From positions 1 through 64,000 of the forward strand of contig CAXBME010000021.1 of assembly GCA_963976765.1 (NCBI GenBank): 64,000 nt of DNA. The letters run 5' to 3'. A program made the position numbers and the translations under genes. Of the stretch, positions 49,797-60,049 are shown one piece after another. The stretch comes from an uncultured Planctomycetaceae bacterium. GTDB taxonomy: Bacteria; Planctomycetota; Planctomycetia; Planctomycetales; Planctomycetaceae. Numbering within the stretch: the stretch's first letter is position 1; every line of letters begins with the position of its first letter. Under the pieces are notes generated by a model. The model worked only from the letters and a program-made list of their open reading frames with translations. It had not been told where the DNA came from and searched no databases.

Positions 49797-51473
49797 CTAT
49801 TTCACCACGGTCGAGCTGGGGATCCGGCCTGTCGAAGGAACAGGTTGCGAGTCAGCCTGCGGTGAATTGAGGCCACCACGGTTGGCGTCTTCACTAACCG
49901 ATTCAAACATCCGCATAATTGGACTGTCTGCCGTGTTGACCATGATGCGCTGGTAGGCGGCGGCGAGTTTCTGATAGAGAACGAACTGAGCGTACTCGTC
50001 GCCGTTTCCGTCAAAGGCTTCGACCGCTCGCTTCCAGCCGGCGGCGTCAGCTTTGTTTTCGTAGCCGATGACGTCGGCTGTTGCTTTGCCGCGAGCAATG
50101 ATGGCTTCCGCTTCATCTTTGGCGGCTTCAAGCTTAAGGGTGGCAACCGCCAGTTTTTCGTTGGCCTTCGTCTTGGCGACTTCCTGCTCTCTCATCGCTT
50201 CAGTGACGAGCTTGACAATTTCCTGCTCGATCACGACCAGCGCTGATTTCTGCTTTGCCTCTGCCTTGTCAACCGCCAGCTCTTTCTCAGCTTCCTGCTG
50301 AGTAATCTGCGACTGGTACTTCTGCTCTTCCAGTCGAGCGTTTTCGCGTTGCTGAATCGGCTCAGCAATCTGCTCGGGAGGATTGATGCGAGTGATCAGT
50401 GCTTCCTGGATCTCGATTCCGAGCGGTTCGCAGGCTTCGATCATCGCGGTCTGGAAACTCGTTTCGAATTCCATTCGCGTCTCGCCTTCGATGAAGTCTT
50501 TCCCAAGTTTTGACGAACCAGCGAGACGGCAGAAACTTCTCGCGTTCGGCATGATGATCTTGCGGATGATTTCCTCGTCGATGGCGTCGCCGTTTCCATC
50601 CTCGTTGTAGATCACGTAGACCTCGGCGGCTTTTTCAGGATTCACTCGAAACTGGATACGACCGTCGAGGCTGACCCAGAAGCCGTCTTTCGACGGAAAT
50701 CCCATGTCTTTGTTATCAGCAAGGTTGAACCGCTGGCTGCGGCAGTCGACTTTGCTGATTCGCGTCACGTAGGGGTTGATCTGCTGCGTACCTTCCTGCA
50801 GCGTTTCCCGCTGGACGCCTCGCTCACCAGGCGCGACCAGAAGTTCGTTGGGCTGCGCGGGCAGGCGACCAGCCAGGTTGGTGACCACGCCTCGATAACC
50901 AGCTTCGATCGTGACCGGCTCGCCGATTTCAAGGCGGAACAGATTTGGATTGATGGCGTAGCGTCCCGGGATCAGAACGCCTGGAATAATCCCTTTGCGA
51001 ACTGGAGTCCCAATTTGATTGCCGGCTCCCGCGGCACTCTTGTCGACGGCGCCGAGGAATTCTCCATAGCCTGGATCTTCACCAACAAGACTGATCAGTA
51101 CACCAAGTTTCCCCTCCGGAATGGTGGTTTGCGGGATGACATCCCAGTCCCAGTCGTAGGGGTTGAAGAATCGCGGACCTTTGTCAAACGGGTTCATGAA
51201 GTAGCGACCTTCCATCAGGAAGACGGCTTGTGACCCCTTGTAATCGAGTGACGGAGCCACTTCGTCTCCGTTGGTAATGTCGAGTCCTGTCTTCACAGTG
51301 AGGATCGCCATCTCGCCAGTGCCGACGTCGATGCGGCAATTCTGGTAAATGGCCATGCCCAGCACGACAAGCCCCACGACCGCTGCCACAGTCTTCGTCG
51401 CGTGGCCACGATTCTGTCGGAGCCCCTTCGTTCGTCCAGGCATCGAAAATTTTGAAAACGGATCGTCTGACAT
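49797..51473 (-). CDS. SPFH/band-7 family membrane protein (first of a tandem pair)
   Basis: TM, three repeated modules ending (E/P)GxxxxNP, FPSKDGF, AKEA-rich coiled coil. Confidence 0.88.
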   Translation of the reverse strand: MSDDPFSKFSMPGRTKGLRQNRGHATKTVAAVVGLVVLGMAIYQNCRIDVGTGEMAILTVKTGLDITNGDEVAPSLDYKGSQAVFLMEGRYFMNPFDKGPRFFNPYDWDWDVIPQTTIPEGKLGVLISLVGEDPGYGEFLGAVDKSAAGAGNQIGTPVRKGIIPGVLIPGRYAINPNLFRLEIGEPVTIEAGYRGVVTNLAGRLPAQPNELLVAPGERGVQRETLQEGTQQINPYVTRISKVDCRSQRFNLADNKDMGFPSKDGFWVSLDGRIQFRVNPEKAAEVYVIYNEDGNGDAIDEEIIRKIIMPNARSFCRLAGSSKLGKDFIEGETRMEFETSFQTAMIEACEPLGIEIQEALITRINPPEQIAEPIQQRENARLEEQKYQSQITQQEAEKELAVDKAEAKQKSALVVIEQEIVKLVTEAMREQEVAKTKANEKLAVATLKLEAAKDEAEAIIARGKATADVIGYENKADAAGWKRAVEAFDGNGDEYAQFVLYQKLAAAYQRIMVNTADSPIMRMFESVSEDANRGGLNSPQADSQPVPSTGRIPSSTVVK

Positions 51474-52089
51474 GTTCAGGTTCCCTCGTCGCGGGCAGCG
51501 TCAGTAAGTTGAAAAACGCAAGGTGATTGATCACTCGGAGGTTGATCAGAAAACGGGGCATCACTTTGTCCGGTCATCCGAACACACAACATCCCGTATC
51601 CAAGCATAGGTTGAGAGTTCTCATCAGGTTGATAGTTCTGTCTGGATGTCTGTAAGCGTGTGGCAGATCGGTCGGGTTGTGATGACTGTCCAAGTCGCCC
51701 GTTCCGAGAGCTGTCTGAGTGAAACGTCCAACGAGAGATCACCGGAACGGCTCACGGAATTTCTTTGAGCAGGCGTCAATGCATTCCGCGATGGCCGAAA
51801 CCTGCAACGTGAATTCGGTAGCGAAGTTGCATGGAGCACGACCGATTCAGCGGTTGATTGAGGAATGCCCGGAAGTGGCAGACGTCATACGCCTCCCAGT
51901 CTGCGTGGTGTGCCCGAGCCTGCGTGCAATACAAACAGCAGGACCAGCAGTTGCTGTCGAGCCTGGCCGGAATCTCAGACCGAACCCGCCTGCCAGACCG
52001 TCAACCTGTTCTTCATGAGCGAAGGTATGGCGACTCGCGACTATTTGCGAGGAGCAGTCTGTCTATCTCAGAGAGCAGGGTGATCGAGG

Positions 52090-53595
52090 ATGAAATACGA
52101 TCTCGTCGTTGTCGGCAGCGGTCCTTCGGGGCAGAAGGGTGCGATCGCTGCCGCCAAGCTGAATAAACGCGTCGCGATTATCGAGCGACGCAGCGGTCAG
52201 ATAGGCGGCGTTTGTCTTCACACGGGAACGATCCCGTCCAAGACGATGCGCGAAGCCATCCTGCATCTCACGGGCTATAAACATCGCGATATTTACGCTG
52301 AGCAATACCGGCGAAAACGACGCATCACAATGAAAGACCTGCAACGGTCTGTCGCCTCGGTCAACCACCGTGAAATGGAAGTGATCGAAGATCAGCTCAC
52401 ACGAAACGGCGTCGACATCTACGCAGGCGAAGCGAAATTCGTCGACCCACACACAATCGAAGTGGCACGTGGGGGCGACTCAATCAAGCTTAAAACGGAC
52501 AATGTCCTGCTTGCCGTGGGGACTCGACCCGATCGTAATCCGTCGACACCGTTTGACGGACAATGCGTTTTTGATTCTGACGAGCTTCTTAACATTGACC
52601 ACATCCCCCGTTCAATGATCGTTGTCGGCGGCGGCGTCATTGGCATCGAATACGCCATCATGTTTGCGACGCTGGGGGTCAACGTGACGGTCGTCGATGG
52701 TCGCAATCAACTGCTCGGGTTTTGTGACAAGGAAATTGTCGACTCGCTGCTGTACCACGCTCGGTCAATCGGAATGGTGTTCCGACTGGGCGAGAACGTT
52801 GTGAAGATCAACCGACTGGCCGAAGACCGGGCAGCGATCGAACTCGAAAGCGGAAAACGCCTGGTCGCCGAGTCAGTCCTGATGGCCGTGGGCCGAACGG
52901 GCGACACTGCGGGACTAAATCTTCAGGCCGCTGGCTTGAAGCCTGACAGTCGCGGTCGAGTCGAGTGCAATGAGCATCACGAAACGGCTGTCTCTCACAT
53001 TTACGGTGTCGGGGACGTTGTTGGTTTCCCCGCACTGGCCAGCGTGTCGATGGAACAGGGACGTCGCGCTGTTGCCCACATGTACGGCGAAGTCGAACGG
53101 GAGTACCAGACTATGCCCTACGGGCTGTTTACGATTCCTGAGATCTCGATGATCGGCGAGAACGAAGAAGAGCTGACCGCGCGTAAGGTTCCGTATGAAG
53201 TCGGAGTGGCCAGGTTCCGCGAAATCGCCAAAGGACAGATCGTCGGCGACCGGATGGGTCTGCTGAAGCTGCTGTTTCACCGCGAAACAAGAAAGGTTCT
53301 CGGCGTTCATGTCATCGGCGATTCCGCGACAGAAATTGTCCACATCGGACAGGCGGTCATGCAGTTCGGCGGAACGATCGACTATTTCCGCGACACCGTC
53401 TTTAACTATCCGACGATGGCTGAGTGCTACAAAGTCGCCGCGTTCGACGGTCTGAACAAGATCAGTCTCGACCTGAAACTTGAGCAGGAAATTTCGCAGC
53501 ACGAATCAGCGATTCTCAAACAGGTGAATGAGCTGGTCGCGGAAGTCGGTTCCGCAACTCAGACGGTTCCACCGAAAGTGCCTGCGGCTGACTGA
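52090..53595 (+). CDS. sthA: Soluble pyridine nucleotide transhydrogenase
   Basis: GSGPSG, GGVCLHTGTIPSKTMREA (single Cys), VFNYPTMAECYKVAA. Confidence 0.92.
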   Translation: MKYDLVVVGSGPSGQKGAIAAAKLNKRVAIIERRSGQIGGVCLHTGTIPSKTMREAILHLTGYKHRDIYAEQYRRKRRITMKDLQRSVASVNHREMEVIEDQLTRNGVDIYAGEAKFVDPHTIEVARGGDSIKLKTDNVLLAVGTRPDRNPSTPFDGQCVFDSDELLNIDHIPRSMIVVGGGVIGIEYAIMFATLGVNVTVVDGRNQLLGFCDKEIVDSLLYHARSIGMVFRLGENVVKINRLAEDRAAIELESGKRLVAESVLMAVGRTGDTAGLNLQAAGLKPDSRGRVECNEHHETAVSHIYGVGDVVGFPALASVSMEQGRRAVAHMYGEVEREYQTMPYGLFTIPEISMIGENEEELTARKVPYEVGVARFREIAKGQIVGDRMGLLKLLFHRETRKVLGVHVIGDSATEIVHIGQAVMQFGGTIDYFRDTVFNYPTMAECYKVAAFDGLNKISLDLKLEQEISQHESAILKQVNELVAEVGSATQTVPPKVPAAD

Positions 53596-54079
53596 GGTCG
53601 ACTGACGATTCCTCAATCCCGGCTTCTTTTTCAGTTGGGGCAGCGTCGCCCAGCGGCATGTCGATGTCACGTTTCTGAATGTACTGCTCCGGTTTTCCTC
53701 GGTAGAGTCGGACGTGCAGCGTGTCGTACTGGCCTTTATTAAGATGCTCATTGACGAGTTCTTTGACTCGATCAGCAGTAGCCAACGGTGTGTCGTCGTC
53801 GGCTTCAAGGTCGAATTCGACGCGCATGATGATCCAGATTTCGGCAGGCGTGCCCTTGTGAATCTTTCTCTGCCCTGCGTCGACTCGCGGACTCGATCGA
53901 GGAAATTCGGCGGAAATCGCCCGCTGCAACGGCACAAACGGCGCTGAGTGGTAGTACCAGTAGACCCACAACGCTGCGGTGGCAATCGCTCCAAAGGCAA
54001 GCATCAGGGCGACTACTGCCGGCCCAGGAATAGTACCGGATCTTCCTGTTGAAAGTGGACGAGGGGGACGTGGGCTCAT
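53516..54079 (-). CDS. Hypothetical single-TM protein downstream of flhB
   Basis: TM VVALMLAFGAIATAALWVYWYY followed by a globular-looking domain; co-oriented with the flagellar operon. Confidence 0.7.
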   Translation of the reverse strand: MSPRPPRPLSTGRSGTIPGPAVVALMLAFGAIATAALWVYWYYHSAPFVPLQRAISAEFPRSSPRVDAGQRKIHKGTPAEIWIIMRVEFDLEADDDTPLATADRVKELVNEHLNKGQYDTLHVRLYRGKPEQYIQKRDIDMPLGDAAPTEKEAGIEESSVDLSQPQALSVEPSELRNRLPRPAHSPV

Positions 54080-54139
54080 GGTTGGATACTTCGGCCAGAG
54101 AAACTGTCGCAGGAACGGGAGACGTCTGGAAGGAAATCA

Positions 54140-55237
54140 TCAGGCGGCAACGTCTTCCACGTCGCCAGGTTGAATCGTCTTGCCGGTGATTGTGTAGACG
54201 TACTTCAGGATTTCAATGAAGACGTCATACAGATCTGCAGGAATACTCTGTCCAATCTTCAATGTGCGATAAACCTGCCGGGCCAGCTCCGGTCGTTCAA
54301 TAATCGGAATGCCATGCTCGGCGGCAATTTCTCTCATGCGAAATGCAGTTTCGTCCGCTCCCTTCGCGACGACGGTTGGAACTGAAACATTCGGCGGATC
54401 GTACTGAAAAGCGACCGCATAATGCGTCGGGTTGGTAAGCACAAACGCGGATGAAGATACTTTGCTGATGTCGCGAGCCTCGATCAGCTTCTGATGAGCG
54501 TCCCGACGACGACGACGAATGAGCGGGTCGCCATCCATCTCTTTCATTTCCCGCCGAACCTCTTCCTTCGTCATCTTGAGTTCCTGAGTGTGCTTCCAGC
54601 GCTGAAATGCGTAATCGGCGACGCCCAGAATAATCAGGATTGTGGAAAGGACGATCGACAGCTTGAGGATGGCATGTCCCGTCGCCAACGCTGCAGTCCA
54701 CGGCGAAGCTGTCGTCAGATTTAGAAAGCCAGGCAGTTCGATCCAGATCAACCAGCCGGCCGCCAGCGTGAGCAGAGCGAGTTTGCAAAGGCTGATCGCC
54801 AGCGTGACGACGCCTCGGACTGAGAAAATTCGCTTCAGGCCCGTCACCGGATTGATCGCGTTGATATTCAGGTTCAGTTTTTCCGTCGCGACGAGAAATC
54901 CTACCTGGGCGAGGTTGACTGCAACGGCGGCGAGGAGCAAGCCGAACATCCAGGGAAGCACGTGACTGGCCGCCCAACTGCCGACTTCTTTGAACTCGGC
55001 ATAAATTTCTCCTGCGTCACCTCGATGGTTTCCCGCCGTACGAAGATGAATTGAGATCATACTTCCCAGTGCCTTGACCAGATCGGCTCCCAGAAAGAAC
55101 AGAACGGCGGCGGTCGAAAGCAGGTGCCCGGCAATATTGAGTTCCGTGCTGCGCGCAATATTTCCCTTACGGCGTTCTTCCTGAAGCCGATGCTCCGTTG
55201 GGTCTTCTGATTTATCTCCGGTATCGTCTGTTGCCAT
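54140..55237 (-). CDS. flhB: Flagellar export substrate-switch protein FlhB
   Basis: KSEDPTEHRL..ERRKG, LKMTKEEVRREMKEMDGDP, NPTH autocleavage motif. Confidence 0.96.
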   Translation of the reverse strand: MATDDTGDKSEDPTEHRLQEERRKGNIARSTELNIAGHLLSTAAVLFFLGADLVKALGSMISIHLRTAGNHRGDAGEIYAEFKEVGSWAASHVLPWMFGLLLAAVAVNLAQVGFLVATEKLNLNINAINPVTGLKRIFSVRGVVTLAISLCKLALLTLAAGWLIWIELPGFLNLTTASPWTAALATGHAILKLSIVLSTILIILGVADYAFQRWKHTQELKMTKEEVRREMKEMDGDPLIRRRRRDAHQKLIEARDISKVSSSAFVLTNPTHYAVAFQYDPPNVSVPTVVAKGADETAFRMREIAAEHGIPIIERPELARQVYRTLKIGQSIPADLYDVFIEILKYVYTITGKTIQPGDVEDVAA

Positions 55238-55280
55238 CGGTCAATCGGTCTACGGGCAAAACAACCAGGCTCAGGCCAGC

Positions 55281-56291
55281 CTACAGATAAGAGGTGATCG
55301 CGAGTTCGATGTCGTTAATGACGACTGGTACTGAATCGACGACGTACCGACCGGTGCCGCTTAGTGTCAGAGTCAGGACCAGCATTCCAGCCAGAGATCG
55401 AACGGGAAAACCGACCACGAGCTGATTGATTTGCGGCACACTGTGTCCCAGAAATCCCATCGAGATCGTAACCAGGCCCATCGTTGCCATGATTGGAGCG
55501 GCCACCTGCACCGCCAGCAGCAACGACTTCTGGATGAGTTCGGTAAACAGTACGTGAGCGTCTGAAAAAAGGAACGCCTCACCAACAGGCATCGCGTCGA
55601 ACGTTTCAAACAGAGCTGACACCATCATGAGATGACCATTGAGAGGTGTCATCACGAGCAGGCAGACGCCGCCAAGTAGAAAGAAACTTTGACTTGAAAT
55701 AGAAACTCCGCCCTGCAGATCTGGATTCACGACCGATCCGAATTCCAGGCCCAGCTGCTGATCGATCAACTGGCCGGCTAATTGAAGCCCCGACAGAAAG
55801 ACGGTCACGCCAAGCCCCAGCAGAAACCCCAGTGCGAACTCAGTCGCGATGTCCCGGACAAGTTCCGTCAAGGTAGTTGGAGCGACAAACGAACTCGAAA
55901 ACGCCAGCACCGCCACGGTCTCGTGTCGGGACGTCGCGAAGTCGCCGGACTCATTGAATGATTCGTGCTTCAACTCAAGCAGATGTCGAAATCGCCCCTG
56001 CAGGAATGGTGGCACTTCTGCTTCTGACAGAAAGCCGTCCTCGTTCCGGTCGTACTGCGCAACGTTCTGTCCGGCTCCCTGATGAATAACGGGAGTCATC
56101 ACAAATCCGAGTGTCAGTACAAGCAGCACGCGGACGTTGATCGGAATGGCGGTCTGACTGAAAATCGGACCGACGGCAAACAGTCCGCTCAGACGAATTG
56201 CGATCAGGATAAACATGTAGAAGTGCTGCACGGCGGCGTCGAGGAGTTGACGCGTCCAGAATTCGCTCACTTCGCCGATAAATTCATCCAT
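55281..56291 (-). CDS. fliR: Flagellar export gate protein FliR with an EF-hand-containing insertion
   Basis: RLSGLF..GPIFS, AGQLIDQQLG, NGHL, VPQIN..VVGFP; insert carrying DRNEDGFLSEAE. Confidence 0.93.
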   Translation of the reverse strand: MDEFIGEVSEFWTRQLLDAAVQHFYMFILIAIRLSGLFAVGPIFSQTAIPINVRVLLVLTLGFVMTPVIHQGAGQNVAQYDRNEDGFLSEAEVPPFLQGRFRHLLELKHESFNESGDFATSRHETVAVLAFSSSFVAPTTLTELVRDIATEFALGFLLGLGVTVFLSGLQLAGQLIDQQLGLEFGSVVNPDLQGGVSISSQSFFLLGGVCLLVMTPLNGHLMMVSALFETFDAMPVGEAFLFSDAHVLFTELIQKSLLLAVQVAAPIMATMGLVTISMGFLGHSVPQINQLVVGFPVRSLAGMLVLTLTLSGTGRYVVDSVPVVINDIELAITSYL

Positions 56292-56312
56292 ATTTAGACT
56301 GACCGCGGACCG

Positions 56313-56582
56313 TTAATGAATGTTTCCGGGGATGCCAGCGAACAGCCGGGTTGAGTATTCGACCAGTTGCCCGAGACTCCACGGCAGCACGTACAGCATC
56401 GTCAGCAGCATGACGACGATCTTGGGAATGATGCTGACCGTCTGGTCCTGAATCTGCGTAACGGCCTGCGCGATGCTGATGGCCAGACCAATAAAAACAG
56501 CGACCGTCAGAATCGGCGCGGCGATAATCAGCGCCGTTAGAATGGCGGATCGGCAAAGTTCAGTGACATCGATAATGGTCAT
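56313..56582 (-). CDS. fliQ: Flagellar export gate protein FliQ
   Basis: GLAISIAQAVTQIQDQTVSIIPK. Confidence 0.96.
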   Translation of the reverse strand: MTIIDVTELCRSAILTALIIAAPILTVAVFIGLAISIAQAVTQIQDQTVSIIPKIVVMLLTMLYVLPWSLGQLVEYSTRLFAGIPGNIH

Positions 56583-56628
56583 GTAAAGCTCGACGGCAAC
56601 GTAATTCCGTTGTTCTGCAATCCCGTTT

Positions 56629-57657
56629 TCAACCTGCCGCTGCGGCGACACTGTCAAGCAGCATGGCAACGGTCAGTGTCCAGCCGTCGATCAGCACGAA
56701 CAGCAGCACCTTGAACGGCAGCGAGATCAATGTTGGAGGCAACATCATCATGCCCATGCCGGTCAGAATCGTGGCCACTACAAGGTCAACAATCAGAAAC
56801 GGCAGAAAGATTTGAAAGCCAATCAGGAATGCCGTTTTCAGTTCGGTCAACATAAAGGCTGTGACGAGGATGGAAGACTCGACATCTTCGAGATTTTCGG
56901 GTTCCTTCCACTCGCGTCCGGCGCTGGTGCTCGGGTCCGGTCGGCGATAGTCGATCAGCATCAGGACGACGTCGTCGCCGCCCGCTGCGCTGATCTGACT
57001 GATCATGAACCGGCGTATCGGCTGGAGCGTGTTTTCGAACACTCGCATCTGAACGCTTTCGCCTGCTTGCAGATGCGGGATCGGCTGCTTGTCGATGTAC
57101 GGAGCCAGACCTTCGTCGTAGGCCTGCTGCCAGACGGGCATCATCACAAACATCGTCATAAATAACGAAAGCGAAGTGATGACCTGCGTCGGCGGCAGCT
57201 GCTGTGTCCCCAGTGCCTGTCTCAGCAGTCCGAAGACAATCACAAACCGAATGAAGCTTGTTGTCATGATCAGGATCGACGGCGCCAGGCTCAGCAGCGT
57301 CATCAGGACCATGATCTTGAGTGTCGGCGTCAGCCCTTCCGGAGACAGCATCTGATCTGGATTCATTCCGAACGGCATTTGCAGATCCGGCGTCTGCGCG
57401 GCGCCCGGTGCCGGTGCGGGAGGCTGGATGGCGAAGTGTTGTTCATCGACGACCGACCTTCCGCGAGGCAAACGTCCGGTCTGCGCTTCAGAAGTCGACG
57501 CGAAAGCAACCAGCATCAACGTGGCTGCAACGACGGTTACAGCCCGCCATGAAAGGAAGCCGTTTCCGGATCGGTAACACGCATTCTGACGCACTGCTCC
57601 ATCGATCGGTGCATCGAGCCCCCCGCTGCCGTTTGTACAACACCAATCAGCCGGCAC
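56629..57657 (-). CDS. fliP: Flagellar export gate protein FliP
   Basis: [47 protein letters not shown]...[12 protein letters not shown]. Start uncertain. Confidence 0.95.
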   Translation of the reverse strand: MPADWCCTNGSGGLDAPIDGAVRQNACYRSGNGFLSWRAVTVVAATLMLVAFASTSEAQTGRLPRGRSVVDEQHFAIQPPAPAPGAAQTPDLQMPFGMNPDQMLSPEGLTPTLKIMVLMTLLSLAPSILIMTTSFIRFVIVFGLLRQALGTQQLPPTQVITSLSLFMTMFVMMPVWQQAYDEGLAPYIDKQPIPHLQAGESVQMRVFENTLQPIRRFMISQISAAGGDDVVLMLIDYRRPDPSTSAGREWKEPENLEDVESSILVTAFMLTELKTAFLIGFQIFLPFLIVDLVVATILTGMGMMMLPPTLISLPFKVLLFVLIDGWTLTVAMLLDSVAAAAG

Positions 57658-58495
57658 GATGTCGCTCCCGGCCAGTGGCTATGGTGAGACTGTCGACTCG
57701 ACCAGACTCGCTTCGTTGTGCTTCTTCGAAAAGCTTCTGGCCCAACTGATCGTCAAACGGGCGGCTTTCGACAACGGTCGTTGTTTTGGGCCAGAGTCTG
57801 CTGAGCCATTTCGCGGCGTCCGGTCCTGTTTGCTTTGCCGCTGCGCAGACGTTCGACAGAGACGCGATTTCGATCGGATCGGTGATTTCAGCGAGACTCG
57901 ACAGTCCGGACGGCGACGCTCCCATCAGAATCAAACGGCTTCCCACTTTCACCATGTAAACGGAGTTGCGAGGGTCAACCGCTCGACGTCCAAGAATGTC
58001 GACAGCGTCGGCCGGCAGACTGCCGATTGAATACGGGCTGCGTTTAAGCAGCAGCTTTGCAATCCCCAGAACAAAAAGCAGCACGACGACTAACCCGGCC
58101 AGGAACGTCCCCGCGGACGGGCCGCCAGTTGGTTCTTTCGTCGATGCCGGGTCGCTTACCGGCGGCAGCGCTGAAGTTCGTTTCAGTGGAGTCACAGGAC
58201 GTTCGGGAAAAGCTGTCGCCGCTCGTGCAGTCACAGTCGGTGCAGGAACGCTCGGCGCAGGAACGCTCGTAAATGCTGATTGACCGTCGCTTCGAGGATT
58301 GTCGGGAAGCGTCAGAACCCGTTGCGGAGCCGCCCCGTTGGATCCCTGTGAGATTCCTTTGGAAATCGTTTTGGGAGTATTAACACCGGGACTGGGCGAG
58401 AAACCGTGTTCCTGTGCGGTGACATTCTCTGTTTGAATGGCGCACAGAATCAGCGCACCAGACATCAGAAGCGCGATGCGTTGTTTGCAATCCAT
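57647..58495 (-). CDS. fliO: FliO-family protein with long N-terminal extension
   Basis: Located between fliN and fliP; TM followed by [26 protein letters not shown]. Confidence 0.85.
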   Translation of the reverse strand: MDCKQRIALLMSGALILCAIQTENVTAQEHGFSPSPGVNTPKTISKGISQGSNGAAPQRVLTLPDNPRSDGQSAFTSVPAPSVPAPTVTARAATAFPERPVTPLKRTSALPPVSDPASTKEPTGGPSAGTFLAGLVVVLLFVLGIAKLLLKRSPYSIGSLPADAVDILGRRAVDPRNSVYMVKVGSRLILMGASPSGLSSLAEITDPIEIASLSNVCAAAKQTGPDAAKWLSRLWPKTTTVVESRPFDDQLGQKLFEEAQRSESGRVDSLTIATGRERHRAG

Positions 58496-58770
58496 TGCCC
58501 ATCCCCTGGAACTCTCCCGGTTCCATTTCCGATGCCGCGAAATCGGGCACTCGGAACGGGGCGTTGTCCTCGATTTCCGGGGATCAGGTCAATGTCAGAA
58601 CCCGCCACTGCTCGCGCGAGAGTCTGCTGCGGGTACTTCCCGGATGAACGAGAAGGGCCACCGCTGGCTTGCTCAGAGTGAATTCAGGGCGATCATCCAC
58701 TACTGATCGAGCCTGCAACTGCACTCGACGGTCGATTATCGGGTGGCACGACATCCTGCGGAGAACCCGC

Positions 58771-59334
58771 TCAGGAATCGGCGGCAACAATTTCGACGAC
58801 TCGGACGCAGAATTTGTCGTTCAAAACGAGCACCTCACCGCGAGCCAGCAATCGACCATTTACCACAATGTCGATCGGGTCGCCCGCCAGTTTGTCCAGT
58901 GGAACGACAACTCCTTTTCGCATCGACATGACCTCGTCGATCAGCAATTCGGTGCGACCAAGTTCGATCTGCACGCTCATTTGAACGTCATCCAGCACGC
59001 CGATGCTGAACACTTTTTCGTCCGCGTCTTCGGCGTCTGAGCCAAATTCCGCAAATTCGAACGGCTTTGCGTCGCCGACGCCAGCGCGCACGTTGCGGCC
59101 TTTCATGGGAGCCCCGGTGACTGCCGCCTCGAGTCCCGCATCGACCTCGTCAAGAAGTTGACTGGCTCGATCCTCAACCGACATGGCCTCCGTGGATGAG
59201 CCAGTGGCTGATCTGTCCGTCCCGGCACTGCCTGGCTGACCGGAACTTCCAGCGGCAGTATCGCCGCCGCTGTTTGCCTTATCGAGCAGAGCCTGAATAT
59301 CGTCGGCGTCAAGATTTTCTTCTTCGGAATCCAC
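58771..59334 (-). CDS. fliN: Flagellar motor switch protein FliN
   Basis: DVQMSVQIELGRT, LDKLAGDPIDIVVNGRLLARGEVLV. Confidence 0.95.
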   Translation of the reverse strand: MDSEEENLDADDIQALLDKANSGGDTAAGSSGQPGSAGTDRSATGSSTEAMSVEDRASQLLDEVDAGLEAAVTGAPMKGRNVRAGVGDAKPFEFAEFGSDAEDADEKVFSIGVLDDVQMSVQIELGRTELLIDEVMSMRKGVVVPLDKLAGDPIDIVVNGRLLARGEVLVLNDKFCVRVVEIVAADS

Positions 59335-59420
59335 TTCCCTGCTTCCTTCCGATCTGCCGGCCTCAAGCCTGTTCTACGTTCCTGCTCACCTGCGAGCACG
59401 TAACAAGCGTCTTGAGACTC

Positions 59421-59975
59421 TTACTGCTGGATCGTCTTATAGTCGTTGAAGACGATGCTGACGACATAACTTTGCCGCAGCACCCGGTTGATTTCTTCTC
59501 GGACCAGACGTTTCAGAGTGCTGAGTGACGAATCTGACAGGTCTTCCATCGTTGCGCTGCGGAAGATCGTTTCGATCGACTCTCGGACTCGAACTTTATG
59601 TGACGACGTGACGGCGCTCTTGAACTCATTTTCCTGGTCGCTGGCCAGTAAAGCGTGGACCTTGAACGAAATATGAATGACCGTGTCAGCCGCCGCCGTT
59701 GTGTTGGTCACGCTAAAGCTGTGAACCTCAACTTCAACCAGCTCTTCCTCATCGTCTTTAGGCGTTAGCTCTTTCTCGGCAGGCTTCGTTTCAGCGGATG
59801 CGGCGTCCGCCGCGCCGTCGGCACCGACTCCAAGAAAGAGGAACAGACCGGCTTCTCCCAGCATGGCAACCATGACCAGAATCAAAATCTTCATTTTGCC
59901 GCTACCCGATTTCTTTCCGGCAACAGCTTCTCCGTCGACTCCATCTTCAGTTTCCGGTGCTTTCCCCTTAGCCAT
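59421..59975 (-). CDS. fliL: Flagellar basal body-associated protein FliL
   Basis: Single TM; FSVTN, RVRESI, LKRLVREEINRVL, IVFNDY..QQ; directly after motB. Confidence 0.88.
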   Translation of the reverse strand: MAKGKAPETEDGVDGEAVAGKKSGSGKMKILILVMVAMLGEAGLFLFLGVGADGAADAASAETKPAEKELTPKDDEEELVEVEVHSFSVTNTTAAADTVIHISFKVHALLASDQENEFKSAVTSSHKVRVRESIETIFRSATMEDLSDSSLSTLKRLVREEINRVLRQSYVVSIVFNDYKTIQQ

Positions 59976-60049
59976 ATCTCGCCCCTTCGCATTCAACGAT
60001 AAGCCAAACAGTCGCCTGGCCAGATCGCTCCCGCTGTGCGGATCTGCGG

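Noticed and set aside
51474..52089. tRNA or riboswitch in the SPFH-sthA intergenic region
   Set aside because: A TGGCAGACG stretch resembles a D-loop, but I found no T-arm (GTTCGA), acceptor stem or riboswitch core.
52090..53595. Dihydrolipoamide dehydrogenase or glutathione reductase
   Set aside because: The redox CxxxxC is replaced by CLHTGT, which is typical of SthA.
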